Below, piece by piece: positions 29,790 to 39,080 of a stretch of 57,567 bases of DNA; position 1 is the stretch's first letter; each line of letters starts with the position of its first letter. Source of the stretch: Pseudomonas phage vB_Pae-SS2019XI; sequence record MN536026.1; one strand, written 5' to 3'. The notes beneath the pieces were generated by a model. It made no database searches. It was given only the letters and a program-made list of their open reading frames with translations, and was not told the origin of the DNA. Made by a program: the position numbers and the translations under genes.

Positions 29790-29899
29790 AGGTGGCACCC
29801 CCACTTCCAGCTGACGAAGCTCAGGAGCAGCGGTGCGACCGCGATAATTGCCCACCCGAATAGGACGACGATGCCGATAGGGATCAGTGCTCGCATCAT
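29786..29899 (-). CDS. possible 37-aa hydrophobic peptide
   Basis: MMRALIPIGIVVLFGWAIIAVAPLLLSFVSWKWGCHL. GAGGA 7 nt upstream. Begins right after the upstream gene's stop. Confidence 0.25.
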   Translation of the reverse strand: MMRALIPIGIVVLFGWAIIAVAPLLLSFVSWKWGCHL

Positions 29900-29901
29900 G
29901 G

Positions 29902-30720
29902 TCAGTCCTCCTCGCTGGAGGCGAGCAGGGTGCTCAGCTCTTTCATCACGGCATCGCAAACAACTCTCGCCATAGCGGCAGACTTGCAATCCACAGAAGC
30001 GCCATCAGATGGGAATACCACTACGGGATAGCGGTCTCGCACCGCCTGCACGGATGCGAAGATGTCGGCCTCACTCACCACCTTGCCGTTGAGGCGCGCC
30101 AGTTCGTCGAGGCAGGCGTTCCAGCCTCGGTTCATGTGCAGGCCTGGGATCGTGGATTGCCCGCTCTTCCGCTCCGGCACAACGACTACCCTTGCGCGCA
30201 GGGCTTCCAGCTTCTCGTCGATGCAGGTCAGACAGACATAGCCGCCCATCCAGTCGACGCGCAGCGGGGTGTGTTTGTGCTCCCCACAACCGGCGCAATT
30301 GGTTGCCTGGGTGCTGGCGTAGGTCCAACGGCTGCGCAGCTCCTTCTGCAGCTCGGCTACTTTCTCGCGTAGCTCCTGGATCTCCATTTCCATGCCGCCA
30401 GCAGCGTGGCGGACAGCATCACCCTTTGCTGCTGCGTCGAGAGCCATTGCGAGCTTGGTGGCTAGCAGCTGTTCCTGCTTCTCCGACTCGGCCAGCCTCG
30501 CCTGGAGCTTCTCGACGTCTTCCTCAGCAGCCCGCAGGCACCCTCGAATGACTTTGAGTGTGTCCTCGCTTACCTCTAAACGACACTCGATAGCTGCCGT
30601 CGCCGAGGAGGGCTGCGCCTCCAGATGTTCGATTGCGGCTTGGATCAGGGCCTTGTTGCCGATGGGGGTATTGGACCAATCGGCGGTCCGTAGAGCCTCA
30701 ATGACGTGGCTTCTGTTCAT
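29902..30720 (-). CDS. hypothetical coiled-coil protein with C-terminal Cys cluster
   Basis: 272 aa from ATG 30720 (GAGGGG upstream). Central coiled coil. CAGCGEHKH...CLTC. Confidence 0.45.
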   Translation of the reverse strand: MNRSHVIEALRTADWSNTPIGNKALIQAAIEHLEAQPSSATAAIECRLEVSEDTLKVIRGCLRAAEEDVEKLQARLAESEKQEQLLATKLAMALDAAAKGDAVRHAAGGMEMEIQELREKVAELQKELRSRWTYASTQATNCAGCGEHKHTPLRVDWMGGYVCLTCIDEKLEALRARVVVVPERKSGQSTIPGLHMNRGWNACLDELARLNGKVVSEADIFASVQAVRDRYPVVVFPSDGASVDCKSAAMARVVCDAVMKELSTLLASSEED

Positions 30721-30733
30721 GATGTGTAGCCCC

Positions 30734-30973
30734 TCAGTGCTTGGTGGTCGAGCAGGCGGGTACACGACCCTCCGCTCGTTCATGGGTCGCAACCTTGAAG
30801 AACAGCGCTCCGCAATGGGGGCAACTGGAAAGGGTGTCCCACAATTCGCCTTGTGGAGGGCGCTCCGTTTCGATCTCGAAGCCGCACCGCGGGCAGTCGA
30901 ATGCGAGAAACTGAACACCCTGTGCTTTCAGCCTGTTCGTGTACTCGGTGTACTTTTGGAAGAGGGTTTTCAC
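30734..30973 (-). CDS. Zn-ribbon protein
   Basis: 79 aa, CPRCG...CPHCG. Confidence 0.45.
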   Translation of the reverse strand: MKTLFQKYTEYTNRLKAQGVQFLAFDCPRCGFEIETERPPQGELWDTLSSCPHCGALFFKVATHERAEGRVPACSTTKH

Positions 30974-31704
30974 GCTTTTGTCTCCTCCACATGGGCCAGC
31001 AGCAGCAGATTGCCTCCGGTTTCAAGCTGCTTGGCCAGTACGTAGGTGTCCTGCACGAGGAAGTCGTGCAGCCGCTGACCAGTGGCGAGCAGGCCCTGGT
31101 AAAAGCGATTGCAGGTAGCCTCGGCCGCTTCGCTCCAGGGGATCACGGTGCAGTCGCGGGTCATGTCGTCGCCGTAGCCGCATTGGTAGAGGCGCCCGGT
31201 GTACTCGCGAGCGTAGAGCTTGCCGTTGATCCGCCAGCGGATGTCGAAATTGAAGCCGACCAGCGCGCCTTCGTAGACATCGGAGAACGACGGCAGCTTG
31301 TCGACGCGGCGCCCGTTTTCGTCTTTGGCGGCGTAGGCGGCCTTGATCACGATCACCTTCTCTTCTATGGCGGTCAGTGCCGCTTCACGGTAGGCGTTCA
31401 TGATGATCTTGAACTGCGCTTCGATGCCCTCGATGCCGCGCGTGCTGGAGATGTAGTGCGTCCCGGTTTTCGGGTCTTTCTCGACCCGGATGCGGTCGTC
31501 GATGCGGTCGCCGATCCAGACCCCCATCAGGGCGACCACGTAGTCGGGGATCGCGATCACGAGGCAGGTGTCGCCCCGAGGGTCCAGGTAGACGGCGCGC
31601 CGCTCCTGGTTGCCCTCCGGCACGCCGACCGTGTAGTCGGAGTAGACGTAGACACTGATGTCCTTGACCTTCTTGAAAATGCTAGGGAATGCTCGGGTAG
31701 CCAT
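30970..31704 (-). CDS. hypothetical protein
   Basis: 244 aa, start overlaps upstream stop; no recognisable motif. Confidence 0.45.
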   Translation of the reverse strand: MATRAFPSIFKKVKDISVYVYSDYTVGVPEGNQERRAVYLDPRGDTCLVIAIPDYVVALMGVWIGDRIDDRIRVEKDPKTGTHYISSTRGIEGIEAQFKIIMNAYREAALTAIEEKVIVIKAAYAAKDENGRRVDKLPSFSDVYEGALVGFNFDIRWRINGKLYAREYTGRLYQCGYGDDMTRDCTVIPWSEAAEATCNRFYQGLLATGQRLHDFLVQDTYVLAKQLETGGNLLLLAHVEETKA

Positions 31705-32078
31705 TAGTTACCCCCTCTGGTGCGGGGCGCGGTGATGGCTTTCTCATAGGCGGCGAGAGCCTGCGCAGCTGCGATAGGCGCTTCGTTCAGCAACTGATAG
31801 TCCTGGATGGGTATCTTCGACACTCCGGGCATCAGCATGCCGATGACTTTTTGCAGGCCCTTCAGCGCCACTGCGAGCTGTTCTTGCCGTTCTTGCCCGT
31901 CGGCAAGCTCGTCCAACAGAGTGTCGACGCCACTACCACTGAACGGCCCCAGGGCGCCGGCAGCCGGACACCAGGTATCAGCTTCGTACCCGGCCCCTTC
32001 GCTCAGGAACTCCCAACCGTTCGCAGATCTGCGTAGCCAGTGGCCGCTATCGGTCCGCATCGTTTTACTCAGTTTCAT
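31704..32078 (-). CDS. hypothetical protein
   Basis: 124 aa ORF in the leftward operon. Confidence 0.4.
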   Translation of the reverse strand: MKLSKTMRTDSGHWLRRSANGWEFLSEGAGYEADTWCPAAGALGPFSGSGVDTLLDELADGQERQEQLAVALKGLQKVIGMLMPGVSKIPIQDYQLLNEAPIAAAQALAAYEKAITAPRTRGGN

Positions 32079-32111
32079 GGTTTCCCTCTCTTTTCGTATC
32101 AGGGCGGCGCT

Positions 32112-32390
32112 TTATGCTTTGCAAAAATCCTTACGGCCTGCCAGCCAGCGGGTGAAGTCACGCGCGGCTTTGCTGACAAGTTCAGTGCTGGTGTCGCTTT
32201 CGAACTCGACGGTGTAGAAGACACTGGTCGAAGTGAAGTCGCCGCCAATTTCGTATTTGTCCGCGATCCCTTCCACCGCTTCATCGAGCGCGCGCCTGCT
32301 GGCGCATGTGCCAATCGCAGACGCACTTGGAATAAGGCGGCACGCGACTTTAGCGGTGTGCCTGGATTCCATCTTGATGTCGTATGCCAT
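32112..32390 (-). CDS. hypothetical protein
   Basis: 92 aa ORF in the leftward operon. Confidence 0.35.
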   Translation of the reverse strand: MAYDIKMESRHTAKVACRLIPSASAIGTCASRRALDEAVEGIADKYEIGGDFTSTSVFYTVEFESDTSTELVSKAARDFTRWLAGRKDFCKA

Positions 32391-32433
32391 GGTGTTGTCC
32401 TCGGTGATGCCCTGCTACCGGCAGGGCGGCGGG

Positions 32434-32655
32434 TTATGCGCCCCTGGTGTTCATCAGCTCGGCTATCTTGTCGGCGCTGAAAATATCAACCGTCGCCGAG
32501 CATTCATTGCAGCCAAGCACGAACAGGCAGACAACTTCGCTGGCCTTGAGCCGACCGTTCTGCACGCCGGAGTAGGTCACGTTATTGGTGAACCACGACA
32601 GGTCTTTACTGCCGCATTCCTTACAGGAAGTTATTGCCGTCGCCTTGATATCCAT
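32434..32655 (-). CDS. Zn-ribbon protein
   Basis: 73 aa from ATG 32655 (GAGGAAAGGAC upstream), CKECG...CNEC. Confidence 0.45.
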   Translation of the reverse strand: MDIKATAITSCKECGSKDLSWFTNNVTYSGVQNGRLKASEVVCLFVLGCNECSATVDIFSADKIAELMNTRGA

Positions 32656-32754
32656 GTCCTTTCCTCGGTGATGGCCCGGTCCGCCAGGGCGTTGGCTTTG
32701 ATAGATTTTGCACACCTTTCTGGTGTAAATACAACAGAAAGTTGATTTAGCCGT

Positions 32755-32783
32755 AATTTAGATGCGCTCGAATCGTGTGTCAA
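32755..32783 (-). promoter_or_regulatory. candidate sigma70 promoter for leftward transcription
   Basis: Minus strand reads TTGACA-N17-TAAATT (-35 at 32783-32778, -10 at 32760-32755). The spacer carries the CACACGATTCG half of the recurrent operator motif. Confidence 0.35.
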
Positions 32784-32809
32784 CTAAATACGGCTAAATC
32801 GTTCTGCCG

Positions 32810-33733
32810 TTAGGCGGCGGCGAGGAGGGTTTCCAGGACCCTGTGGCCGGCGAGCGGCGGCACCGCGTTGCCTGCCATGTGGGTGCAAAGCTTCAGGTTG
32901 GTGGGCCTGAGCGTGTCCTTGCTGAACGACATGGCTTGCAGGGTTTCGTCGTCGGTGAGCATTCGCATGTGGTCACCATCGACAACAGCCCATCGAGCAC
33001 GGGTCGTGATGGTCCCTATCGGGCGCTCAATGCTTCGGCCGGTGAGACCGGAGCCGGATCCGTAGTAGGGCATCACGAACCTGTCACCGAAGTCCTTCCG
33101 CCCATTGCGTACCCGGCGCAGCGTAGCGTCGGCGCGACCTGGCTTCTCGATCAACGTCCAGTTGCCGGAGTCGAAGTCGATGAAAGACGCAGCCGGCACA
33201 TGGTCGTACTTTGGCAACTTGAGCTGGAGAGGGGTCTTGCTGCGAGTGCAGACCAGGAAGAGCCTCACCCTGTTCTGTGGGACGCCGAGGTCTGCGCAAT
33301 CAACGACATGGGGCGAAACAGCATACCCGAGGGCCTTCACGGCGTACTCCCAAGCAGGGTACAGGGACCAGGTGAGGAACTCCGGCACGTTCTCGACTAC
33401 CGCGCCGTCTGGTTTGTGATATTCCAGTGCGTCGATTACAGCCCAGGCTGTGCTGCGGGCGGCGTCGTGCTCCGGATTCCCTTCCGGCCTACCTCGCGCC
33501 TTGGTGAAGCCGGTACAACACGGCGACGCGAGGAGTAGGTTGTGCCAAGGGACCTTGGACCAGTTTGCCTGCTGCAGATCCTGGCAGACGTGGACCGTCT
33601 CGGGGTGGTTCGCTGCGTGCCAGTGGACGGCTGTGGGCCAGTGGTTGGCGGCCCACACCACATTCACTCCAGCAGCACGCGCCCCGGTGGTCCAGCCGCC
33701 CATGCCAGCGAAGAGGTCGACTGCAGTATCCAT
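32810..33733 (-). CDS. DNA cytosine-5 methyltransferase (orphan)
   Basis: 307 aa; motif I DLFAGMGG, PC motif LLASPCCTGFT, ENV motif VVENVPEF; no adjacent restriction endonuclease. Confidence 0.8.
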   Translation of the reverse strand: MDTAVDLFAGMGGWTTGARAAGVNVVWAANHWPTAVHWHAANHPETVHVCQDLQQANWSKVPWHNLLLASPCCTGFTKARGRPEGNPEHDAARSTAWAVIDALEYHKPDGAVVENVPEFLTWSLYPAWEYAVKALGYAVSPHVVDCADLGVPQNRVRLFLVCTRSKTPLQLKLPKYDHVPAASFIDFDSGNWTLIEKPGRADATLRRVRNGRKDFGDRFVMPYYGSGSGLTGRSIERPIGTITTRARWAVVDGDHMRMLTDDETLQAMSFSKDTLRPTNLKLCTHMAGNAVPPLAGHRVLETLLAAA

Positions 33734-33747
33734 CTGCGCCTCCCCGT

Positions 33748-34278
33748 TTAAAGATCGTCGTACTCGGCCGAGAGGCGGATGTACTCAGCCTCGTCGATCT
33801 CCATGAGCGTCTGGGCTTCATCGAAATCAGGTCCACTCGGGTGACCTTTGCCCGTGCCGGGTCCGGTGCGGAACACACACTCAGACTCGGGGTGGTGCCA
33901 GTACCGCACGGAGCCCTTGAGGAACGCGCTCTTGTCGACGGTCAGCGTCTGCTTCTCGGCCTCGATCTGGGCCTTGGTGCGGCGTGTACGCACCTCGCTT
34001 TCGTCGATGCGCCACACACGGACCCCGGCCTTCTTGTAGATCTCGTCCAGTTCAACGTCGCGTGCGATTAGCGGGACGTTCACCTTCTTGCCCAGGTCGA
34101 GCAACGGGCGGACGTCCTTCTTGGTGGCATCGGCGAGGAAGAAGCTATCGCCTACCCTCATGGAGACCAGGGTCTTGACCTTCGGGTCGTTCATGTCCAC
34201 GCCGCGTTTACGTCGGGTTCCGGGTTGCTCCACGTCTTGCTCCACGATGATCACTGCTGTGTTGATGTCGAAGGTCAT
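33748..34278 (-). CDS. hypothetical protein, acidic C-terminus ...AEYDDL
   Basis: 176 aa; ATG overlaps rdgC stop (ATGA). Confidence 0.45.
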   Translation of the reverse strand: MTFDINTAVIIVEQDVEQPGTRRKRGVDMNDPKVKTLVSMRVGDSFFLADATKKDVRPLLDLGKKVNVPLIARDVELDEIYKKAGVRVWRIDESEVRTRRTKAQIEAEKQTLTVDKSAFLKGSVRYWHHPESECVFRTGPGTGKGHPSGPDFDEAQTLMEIDEAEYIRLSAEYDDL

Positions 34279-35381
34279 AGGTCGTCATCCTCGGTTTGCC
34301 GGCGGGCCTGCTCGAACTCGTCATCGTCGCCGTCCTCGCCGTCGATCACGCCCTTCAGACGCTCCTTCGAGATCTCGGGGGAGCGATAGACTTCGACGCC
34401 GTTGATGGAAATGGATCCGCCGTTCTTGATCGGAGCGATAACAGCGGCGACGTCGTTCGCCAGCTTGCTCGGCAGGTCTTCCCCCAACTGGTCAGCCAGA
34501 GTGCCGACCAAGCGCTGGATCGTCCCGACCAGGATCGCAAGGGACGCATCCAGGGTAGTGGCCGGGTCTCCATCCGAGTCCTTGCCGATCTCCCCGAGAA
34601 CCAGGTCGTCGAATTTGATGCTTTTGAAAATGAGCTGGTCGCTGACCTTGAAGTACATCTGGTCCTCACCCTCCCAACTGAACGCAACCAGCAGCTCGGC
34701 GACGCGGAAGGCGTTGTTGAGGTAGGACTGAGGCTCCTCGTCGTCCAGGTTGACCCCCTTGAACGTGACCACGTCCTTTTCGCTGTTGACCAGCTTGGCT
34801 GCGTCCAGGCGCTTGAGGTTGTCGTACGCGTTGGAGCGCATGATCTCGGTGAGCCATGCAGAGGGCTCGACCTTGAAGGTGAGGGGGCGAACAGACAGTG
34901 AGTCCATGGCGCGCCGCAGGGCGTCCAGGGCGTCCTCCGCCTTCTTGGCGCTGCTGCTTTCGACGACCAGGAGGTTGCCTATCACCAGCATGTTGATGAC
35001 GCTGTGCTTGATGAATGCCCGCGGCAGAAGCTCGGCTTCGACCTCGTCGCGGATCTGCGCCAGCTCCTTGCGGTAGCACTTCCGCTGCTCGCGACTCTCG
35101 ATCTTCTCGACTCTCGCGGCGACGTGTTCGCGGATGGTGGCGCCGGTCAGTTGGCGCTCATGGACATACAGGGTGAAGAGGTTGGCGCCGGACGGTGCAC
35201 TCCAGACCAGCTCGTCGCTCAACCGCGGCGCCGGCAGGTCGAAGCCGAGTGCCCGCCACTGGCTGCCTGTGGGCTCGCGTGCCGGCAGTTCGGCCAGCAG
35301 CGCACCGAGGCCTTCCCAGTCGTTGAGCGTGGCGACATGGTCGGGGTTGGTGACTCGGTAGAACATCATGTTCTTGAACAT
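34275..35381 (-). CDS. rdgC: recombination-associated protein RdgC-like
   Basis: N-terminal MFKNMMFYRV and the LLPRAF...SSAKKAEDALDALRRAMDSL block parallel E. coli RdgC. An extra acidic tail ends TEDDDL. Confidence 0.8.
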   Translation of the reverse strand: MFKNMMFYRVTNPDHVATLNDWEGLGALLAELPAREPTGSQWRALGFDLPAPRLSDELVWSAPSGANLFTLYVHERQLTGATIREHVAARVEKIESREQRKCYRKELAQIRDEVEAELLPRAFIKHSVINMLVIGNLLVVESSSAKKAEDALDALRRAMDSLSVRPLTFKVEPSAWLTEIMRSNAYDNLKRLDAAKLVNSEKDVVTFKGVNLDDEEPQSYLNNAFRVAELLVAFSWEGEDQMYFKVSDQLIFKSIKFDDLVLGEIGKDSDGDPATTLDASLAILVGTIQRLVGTLADQLGEDLPSKLANDVAAVIAPIKNGGSISINGVEVYRSPEISKERLKGVIDGEDGDDDEFEQARRQTEDDDL

Positions 35382-35384
35382 GAT

Positions 35385-35636
35385 CTAACCCTCCTGTGAG
35401 GCCGGCTGAGGCCGCTGGGTGAGACGGTAGGTGAAGCCCCCGCCGACCAGTTCTTCGACGGTCACTTTCTCCCCCGGCAGCAGCTTGGCGAAGTCTTCGG
35501 GCCCGACGCTGATTTCGTCGATGCCGACCTTCTTCATCACCACGCCGATGGCGAGTACGGTCGCTTGGGTGAACTGCTCCTGCTGCCGCTGGTTCATCGC
35601 GGTCAGCGTTTCGAGCGCCATGTTGTGTTTGCGCAT
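35385..35636 (-). CDS. hypothetical protein
   Basis: 83 aa ORF directly upstream of rdgC. Confidence 0.4.
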   Translation of the reverse strand: MRKHNMALETLTAMNQRQQEQFTQATVLAIGVVMKKVGIDEISVGPEDFAKLLPGEKVTVEELVGGGFTYRLTQRPQPASQEG

Positions 35637-35651
35637 TGCGTGTTCCTCTGG

Positions 35652-36005
35652 TTAAAAATCGAGTTCGTTCAGGGCGCCGCCTCGTTGACCCTCCAGAATG
35701 GCGGCTTTGATCTTCACCTCGCCGTGCACAGCGGCTAGATGGCGCAGGGCGTACCCGCCCATAACGCATAGGGAGTGTGGGGCGTGTTCTCGCGGGTCGA
35801 TCTCGTCGCCGCGCTCGTCCAGGAGGCGGTAGACGGCCCTCAAACCGCTGAGGTACTCAGTGACGGCGACTCCGGTGTTGCCGTGCATCTGAGTGAGGGC
35901 GAACAGGAACCGGTCCCCGTCTAGGGGGAACCAGAACGTCTCGAACACTTCTGCGGGGGCGGGGCCTTCCGCCGAGGCAACTTGGATCGTCGGCATGGCG
36001 GTCAC
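35652..36005 (-). CDS. hypothetical protein
   Basis: 117 aa, starts at the stop of the ParB-like gene. Confidence 0.4.
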   Translation of the reverse strand: MTAMPTIQVASAEGPAPAEVFETFWFPLDGDRFLFALTQMHGNTGVAVTEYLSGLRAVYRLLDERGDEIDPREHAPHSLCVMGGYALRHLAAVHGEVKIKAAILEGQRGGALNELDF

Positions 36006-37018
36006 AGATCGTCGTCGTCGGTCTTGGCGGCCTCGGCAGCTTTGGCCGCTTTTGCCTCGGCGCGTTTACGTTGCTCCTCCTGCACGGCTTCAACGTTCCC
36101 GTGGGCTGCGAGCAGCGCCATCAACGGTACGACGTCGATGGTGACCTGCCCTCCGTCGATGCGTCCTTCACGGAAGTCGTTGACGACGGCCTCCGCTTCG
36201 GGGCTGAGGCTGCGGCGGAACTTGGCGACATTGCCGACCAGGTCGTTCACGACGGGGCGGGGTAGGGGGCTCCCCTTCATCGTGCCGGCCGTAACTTTCT
36301 TGCTGCCCTGCTTGACTGCCTTGGCGTACTCCTTCTCGATGACTTCAACGGCGTCGCTGCCGTGCTCCTTGGCGATCTTGACCGCCTCGGTGACGGCGAT
36401 CTTGCCGGTCTTGACGGCTTCCTGAACGCCGTGGTCCGCATTCGCTAAGGCGAGGTGGCGGTCAACATGGTCGCGGGGCTTGTTGAACGCTTTGGCGATC
36501 TCCGTCGCGTTCAGGCCGAACTCGACCTGAGCCCGCTTGTAGAGTCGGGCGGTCTCCACTTCCGTGAGCGCGAGGTGCTCGTTGCCTGTGCCGATGCGCA
36601 CGAGCTTTTGCAGATCGTTGCCCTGGAACGGGATGCATTCGATGAACTCCAGGTCGTCAACTTTTTCGAGCAGCTTCGCCTTGTCCGCCGCAGCCATGTC
36701 CTCCCGGATCAGCGACCGGAGCTGCTCTTGCTTGGCCGGGATGACGCGGCCGAAGGCCTCGTGGCGGCGGTGCCCTTGGACGATCTCAATGGCCCCAGTC
36801 TTCGGGTTGACCTCGACCTCCAAGGGGGCCACTTGACCTCCACCCAGGAGGAACTTCTCCAGGGCGTTGATGCTGTGCCAGTAGCGCTCGTCCTTGTCGC
36901 GCTCGTTGTTGCCTGGGACGACCACCAGGTCGGAGTAGCGCACCCGGTAGAGGTCTCGCGACTTGATTGCTTTGTCGCGGCGGAGGCTCTTGAACGAATA
37001 TGCTTTTTCTTGAGTCAT
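36002..37018 (-). CDS. ParB-like nuclease domain protein
   Basis: 338 aa from ATG 37018; GHRRHEA motif (ParB/Srx GxRRxxA); ends TDDDDL. Confidence 0.6.
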   Translation of the reverse strand: MTQEKAYSFKSLRRDKAIKSRDLYRVRYSDLVVVPGNNERDKDERYWHSINALEKFLLGGGQVAPLEVEVNPKTGAIEIVQGHRRHEAFGRVIPAKQEQLRSLIREDMAAADKAKLLEKVDDLEFIECIPFQGNDLQKLVRIGTGNEHLALTEVETARLYKRAQVEFGLNATEIAKAFNKPRDHVDRHLALANADHGVQEAVKTGKIAVTEAVKIAKEHGSDAVEVIEKEYAKAVKQGSKKVTAGTMKGSPLPRPVVNDLVGNVAKFRRSLSPEAEAVVNDFREGRIDGGQVTIDVVPLMALLAAHGNVEAVQEEQRKRAEAKAAKAAEAAKTDDDDL

Positions 37019-37068
37019 GGTTGCTTTCTCAATGGTTTGTTGTTTCTGCAGACGCACCTATCCCGTGG

Positions 37069-37611
37069 TCAGGCGCTTTCCGTTCTCACGCCGACCTGCT
37101 GGACGAAACGTACGCTTTCAGGTAGGTAGTGCTCGCGGTCATAGGAAGTGGCCTGCTTACTAGCCTTTCGGCCGAGCACAATCACTTCAGAGCCTATGCC
37201 GATCACCATCCTGCGGCGCAAACGAGGCTCTCCGCCGATGCTGACCATCCAGGTTTCGCCTGGCTTCGCAGTGGGGGCCGTGCTTGGGTCGTAGACCTCG
37301 ATATCCGTCTCTTCTTCGACCACTCCTAGGCCTTCACCGATGACTCGACGACGGCGCAAGCGGCGCACGGGCAGGCCTCCCTCGTTCACCGCGCCTTCGA
37401 CCAGTGGCTGTATGAGAGCGTGTATCGCTTGCCCAACCGCCAGGTTGATCACCGTTTTGCCTCTCGGGGAAGGTACGTCTTTTGCCAAGCCTTTCCAGTT
37501 GAGCAGGCCGGCGGCTCGGAGTTGCGCGATAGCGGTCTCTTCCGAGAGAGCGGACGTGTCGTATTCAAGGTGGTCGAGAAGGACCTTGAGGTGCATGTGC
37601 TTGAATTCCAC
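37069..37611 (-). CDS. hypothetical protein
   Basis: 180 aa, GTG start with GAGGGG 7 nt upstream. Confidence 0.4.
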   Translation of the reverse strand: MEFKHMHLKVLLDHLEYDTSALSEETAIAQLRAAGLLNWKGLAKDVPSPRGKTVINLAVGQAIHALIQPLVEGAVNEGGLPVRRLRRRRVIGEGLGVVEEETDIEVYDPSTAPTAKPGETWMVSIGGEPRLRRRMVIGIGSEVIVLGRKASKQATSYDREHYLPESVRFVQQVGVRTESA

Positions 37612-37621
37612 GGTTGTCCCC

Positions 37622-38536
37622 TCAGATCTTCTTGCCGTTCGGTGCCAGGCGGGCTTCGCGTGTGTGGTCCTGGCGGGTCTGGTTGAACGCCATCTTCTCG
37701 ATCAGCGCTCGGCCCACGTCCAGGTTGCGGCCGCCAGCGTAGTCGGCGATGCGAATCAGCGCGTCTGCCAGCTCCACCTCGATCATCTTGCGGTGAGGAA
37801 GCTTGTCGTCCATCAGGTTCTTGCGGACCCCCTCGAAGCCCTCGATCACTTCGCTGATGATCAGGCAGAGCAGCTCGCCGTCGTTGCGCTCCTTGGGTTC
37901 GCCGGTCTCCAGGTCGCTCCACCAACCGGCGTAGCGGTTGAGGGCGTGCGACATGTCGCTGAGCCGGTTGATGGAAGTGGCGATGCTCGCCACGTACTCG
38001 GGGTCCACCAGCAAGGCGGGGTGTTCCGCGAGGCGGTCGCACGCCTCTTCGAAACTCATGGGTTCCGACTTCAGCGAGTTCCAGGCGATGCGGCAGCGCT
38101 CTTCGTGGTTCTCGGGCACCCCATTAGGCGCCAGTTCCTGGGCCGACCACTGCCGGAATACCTTGAATCCGTCCTCGTTGCCGCGGTAGGCCGCGTAGAC
38201 GGTCTGGAGGCCGAGCAGCCAGTCCTTGTAGTAGGTGCCCTGCAGATCGCAGTTACCCGCATCGACGATCCGGACGCTTAGGTCTTCCTCGTAGCTGGAC
38301 CACTCGACAATCAAGCGTAGGCCTCCTTCTTTCACGTCGAGCAGGGTATTGCGAGCCTCGGCCAAGTCTTCCTTCCGTGCCGCTTCGAACAGCGTTGGAA
38401 GTGTCGAATCAACCGTTTGTTGTTTCTGCGGGCGAGCGGAAGACCCTTGGTCGAGAAGGGTGGTAGGCATTTCCGCAAGGGCCATTTCCGTTGAGCGCGC
38501 CCCCAAGCTGGGGAGGCCGGTTGCTTTGTCATTCAT
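37622..38536 (-). CDS. protein with C-terminal MazG-like NTP pyrophosphohydrolase domain
   Basis: 304 aa from ATG 38536 (GGAGAAAAACC upstream). C-terminal LLCLIISEVIEGFEG...EVELADALIRIADYAGGRNLDVGRALIEKMAFNQTR resembles the MazG/HisE EExxE helices. Confidence 0.5.
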   Translation of the reverse strand: MNDKATGLPSLGARSTEMALAEMPTTLLDQGSSARPQKQQTVDSTLPTLFEAARKEDLAEARNTLLDVKEGGLRLIVEWSSYEEDLSVRIVDAGNCDLQGTYYKDWLLGLQTVYAAYRGNEDGFKVFRQWSAQELAPNGVPENHEERCRIAWNSLKSEPMSFEEACDRLAEHPALLVDPEYVASIATSINRLSDMSHALNRYAGWWSDLETGEPKERNDGELLCLIISEVIEGFEGVRKNLMDDKLPHRKMIEVELADALIRIADYAGGRNLDVGRALIEKMAFNQTRQDHTREARLAPNGKKI

Positions 38537-38621
38537 GGTTTTTCTCCAGGGGTGATCTATCATCGTTGTGTTGTTTATACTACATTTAGTTGAGTTAAAC
38601 ACAACAAATAAGGCCGAGGCC

Positions 38622-38969
38622 CTATTCGATGCGAGTCACCGTCGCGATGACCATGGTGTCGCCGTTCGGCGCTCGGAAGTCGCCCATGGCGAGGGTGTAC
38701 CGAGCGTCCGGCAGGCGTTTCCTTGCGTTCCGCACCTGGCCGGTGACTGTCGACTTGAGCTGCTCTTTGGCCGCCTGGATGTCGGGCCAGGGGTGTGCGC
38801 AGTCGGGGAAGCGGACAGCGCGTGCTTCCGTCTCGCCGAGGTCCAGCTCGACGAGCCGGCTGGTGAAACTGTCAGCCTGCGGCCGGCGCTTCGGTGGCAC
38901 GGCAACACCCGAGTCGACGTCGGGTAGATCCAGGTCATCGGAGGTATGGGTCGGTGTCGATTTCGCCAT
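38622..38969 (-). CDS. hypothetical protein (first gene of leftward early operon)
   Basis: 115 aa from ATG 38969. The longer 38622..39137 ORF is extended by iteron-derived KNLAG repeats and was trimmed. Confidence 0.4.
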   Translation of the reverse strand: MAKSTPTHTSDDLDLPDVDSGVAVPPKRRPQADSFTSRLVELDLGETEARAVRFPDCAHPWPDIQAAKEQLKSTVTGQVRNARKRLPDARYTLAMGDFRAPNGDTMVIATVTRIE

Positions 38970-39006
38970 AGGGAGGTTTCCGGGTTCGGTCTGCGCAGTA
39001 GCGTGG

Positions 39007-39034
39007 AATATAAGACATACGAATCGGCTGTCAA
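39007..39034 (-). promoter_or_regulatory. candidate leftward early promoter (PL-like)
   Basis: Minus strand reads TTGACA (39034-39029)-N16-TATATT (39012-39007); spacer contains the CGATTCG operator-like core. Confidence 0.4.
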
Positions 39035-39080
39035 CTCTGTTTTGCGCTTCTGGAGCTGAACGGTCGAAGAAAGGGCCAGG

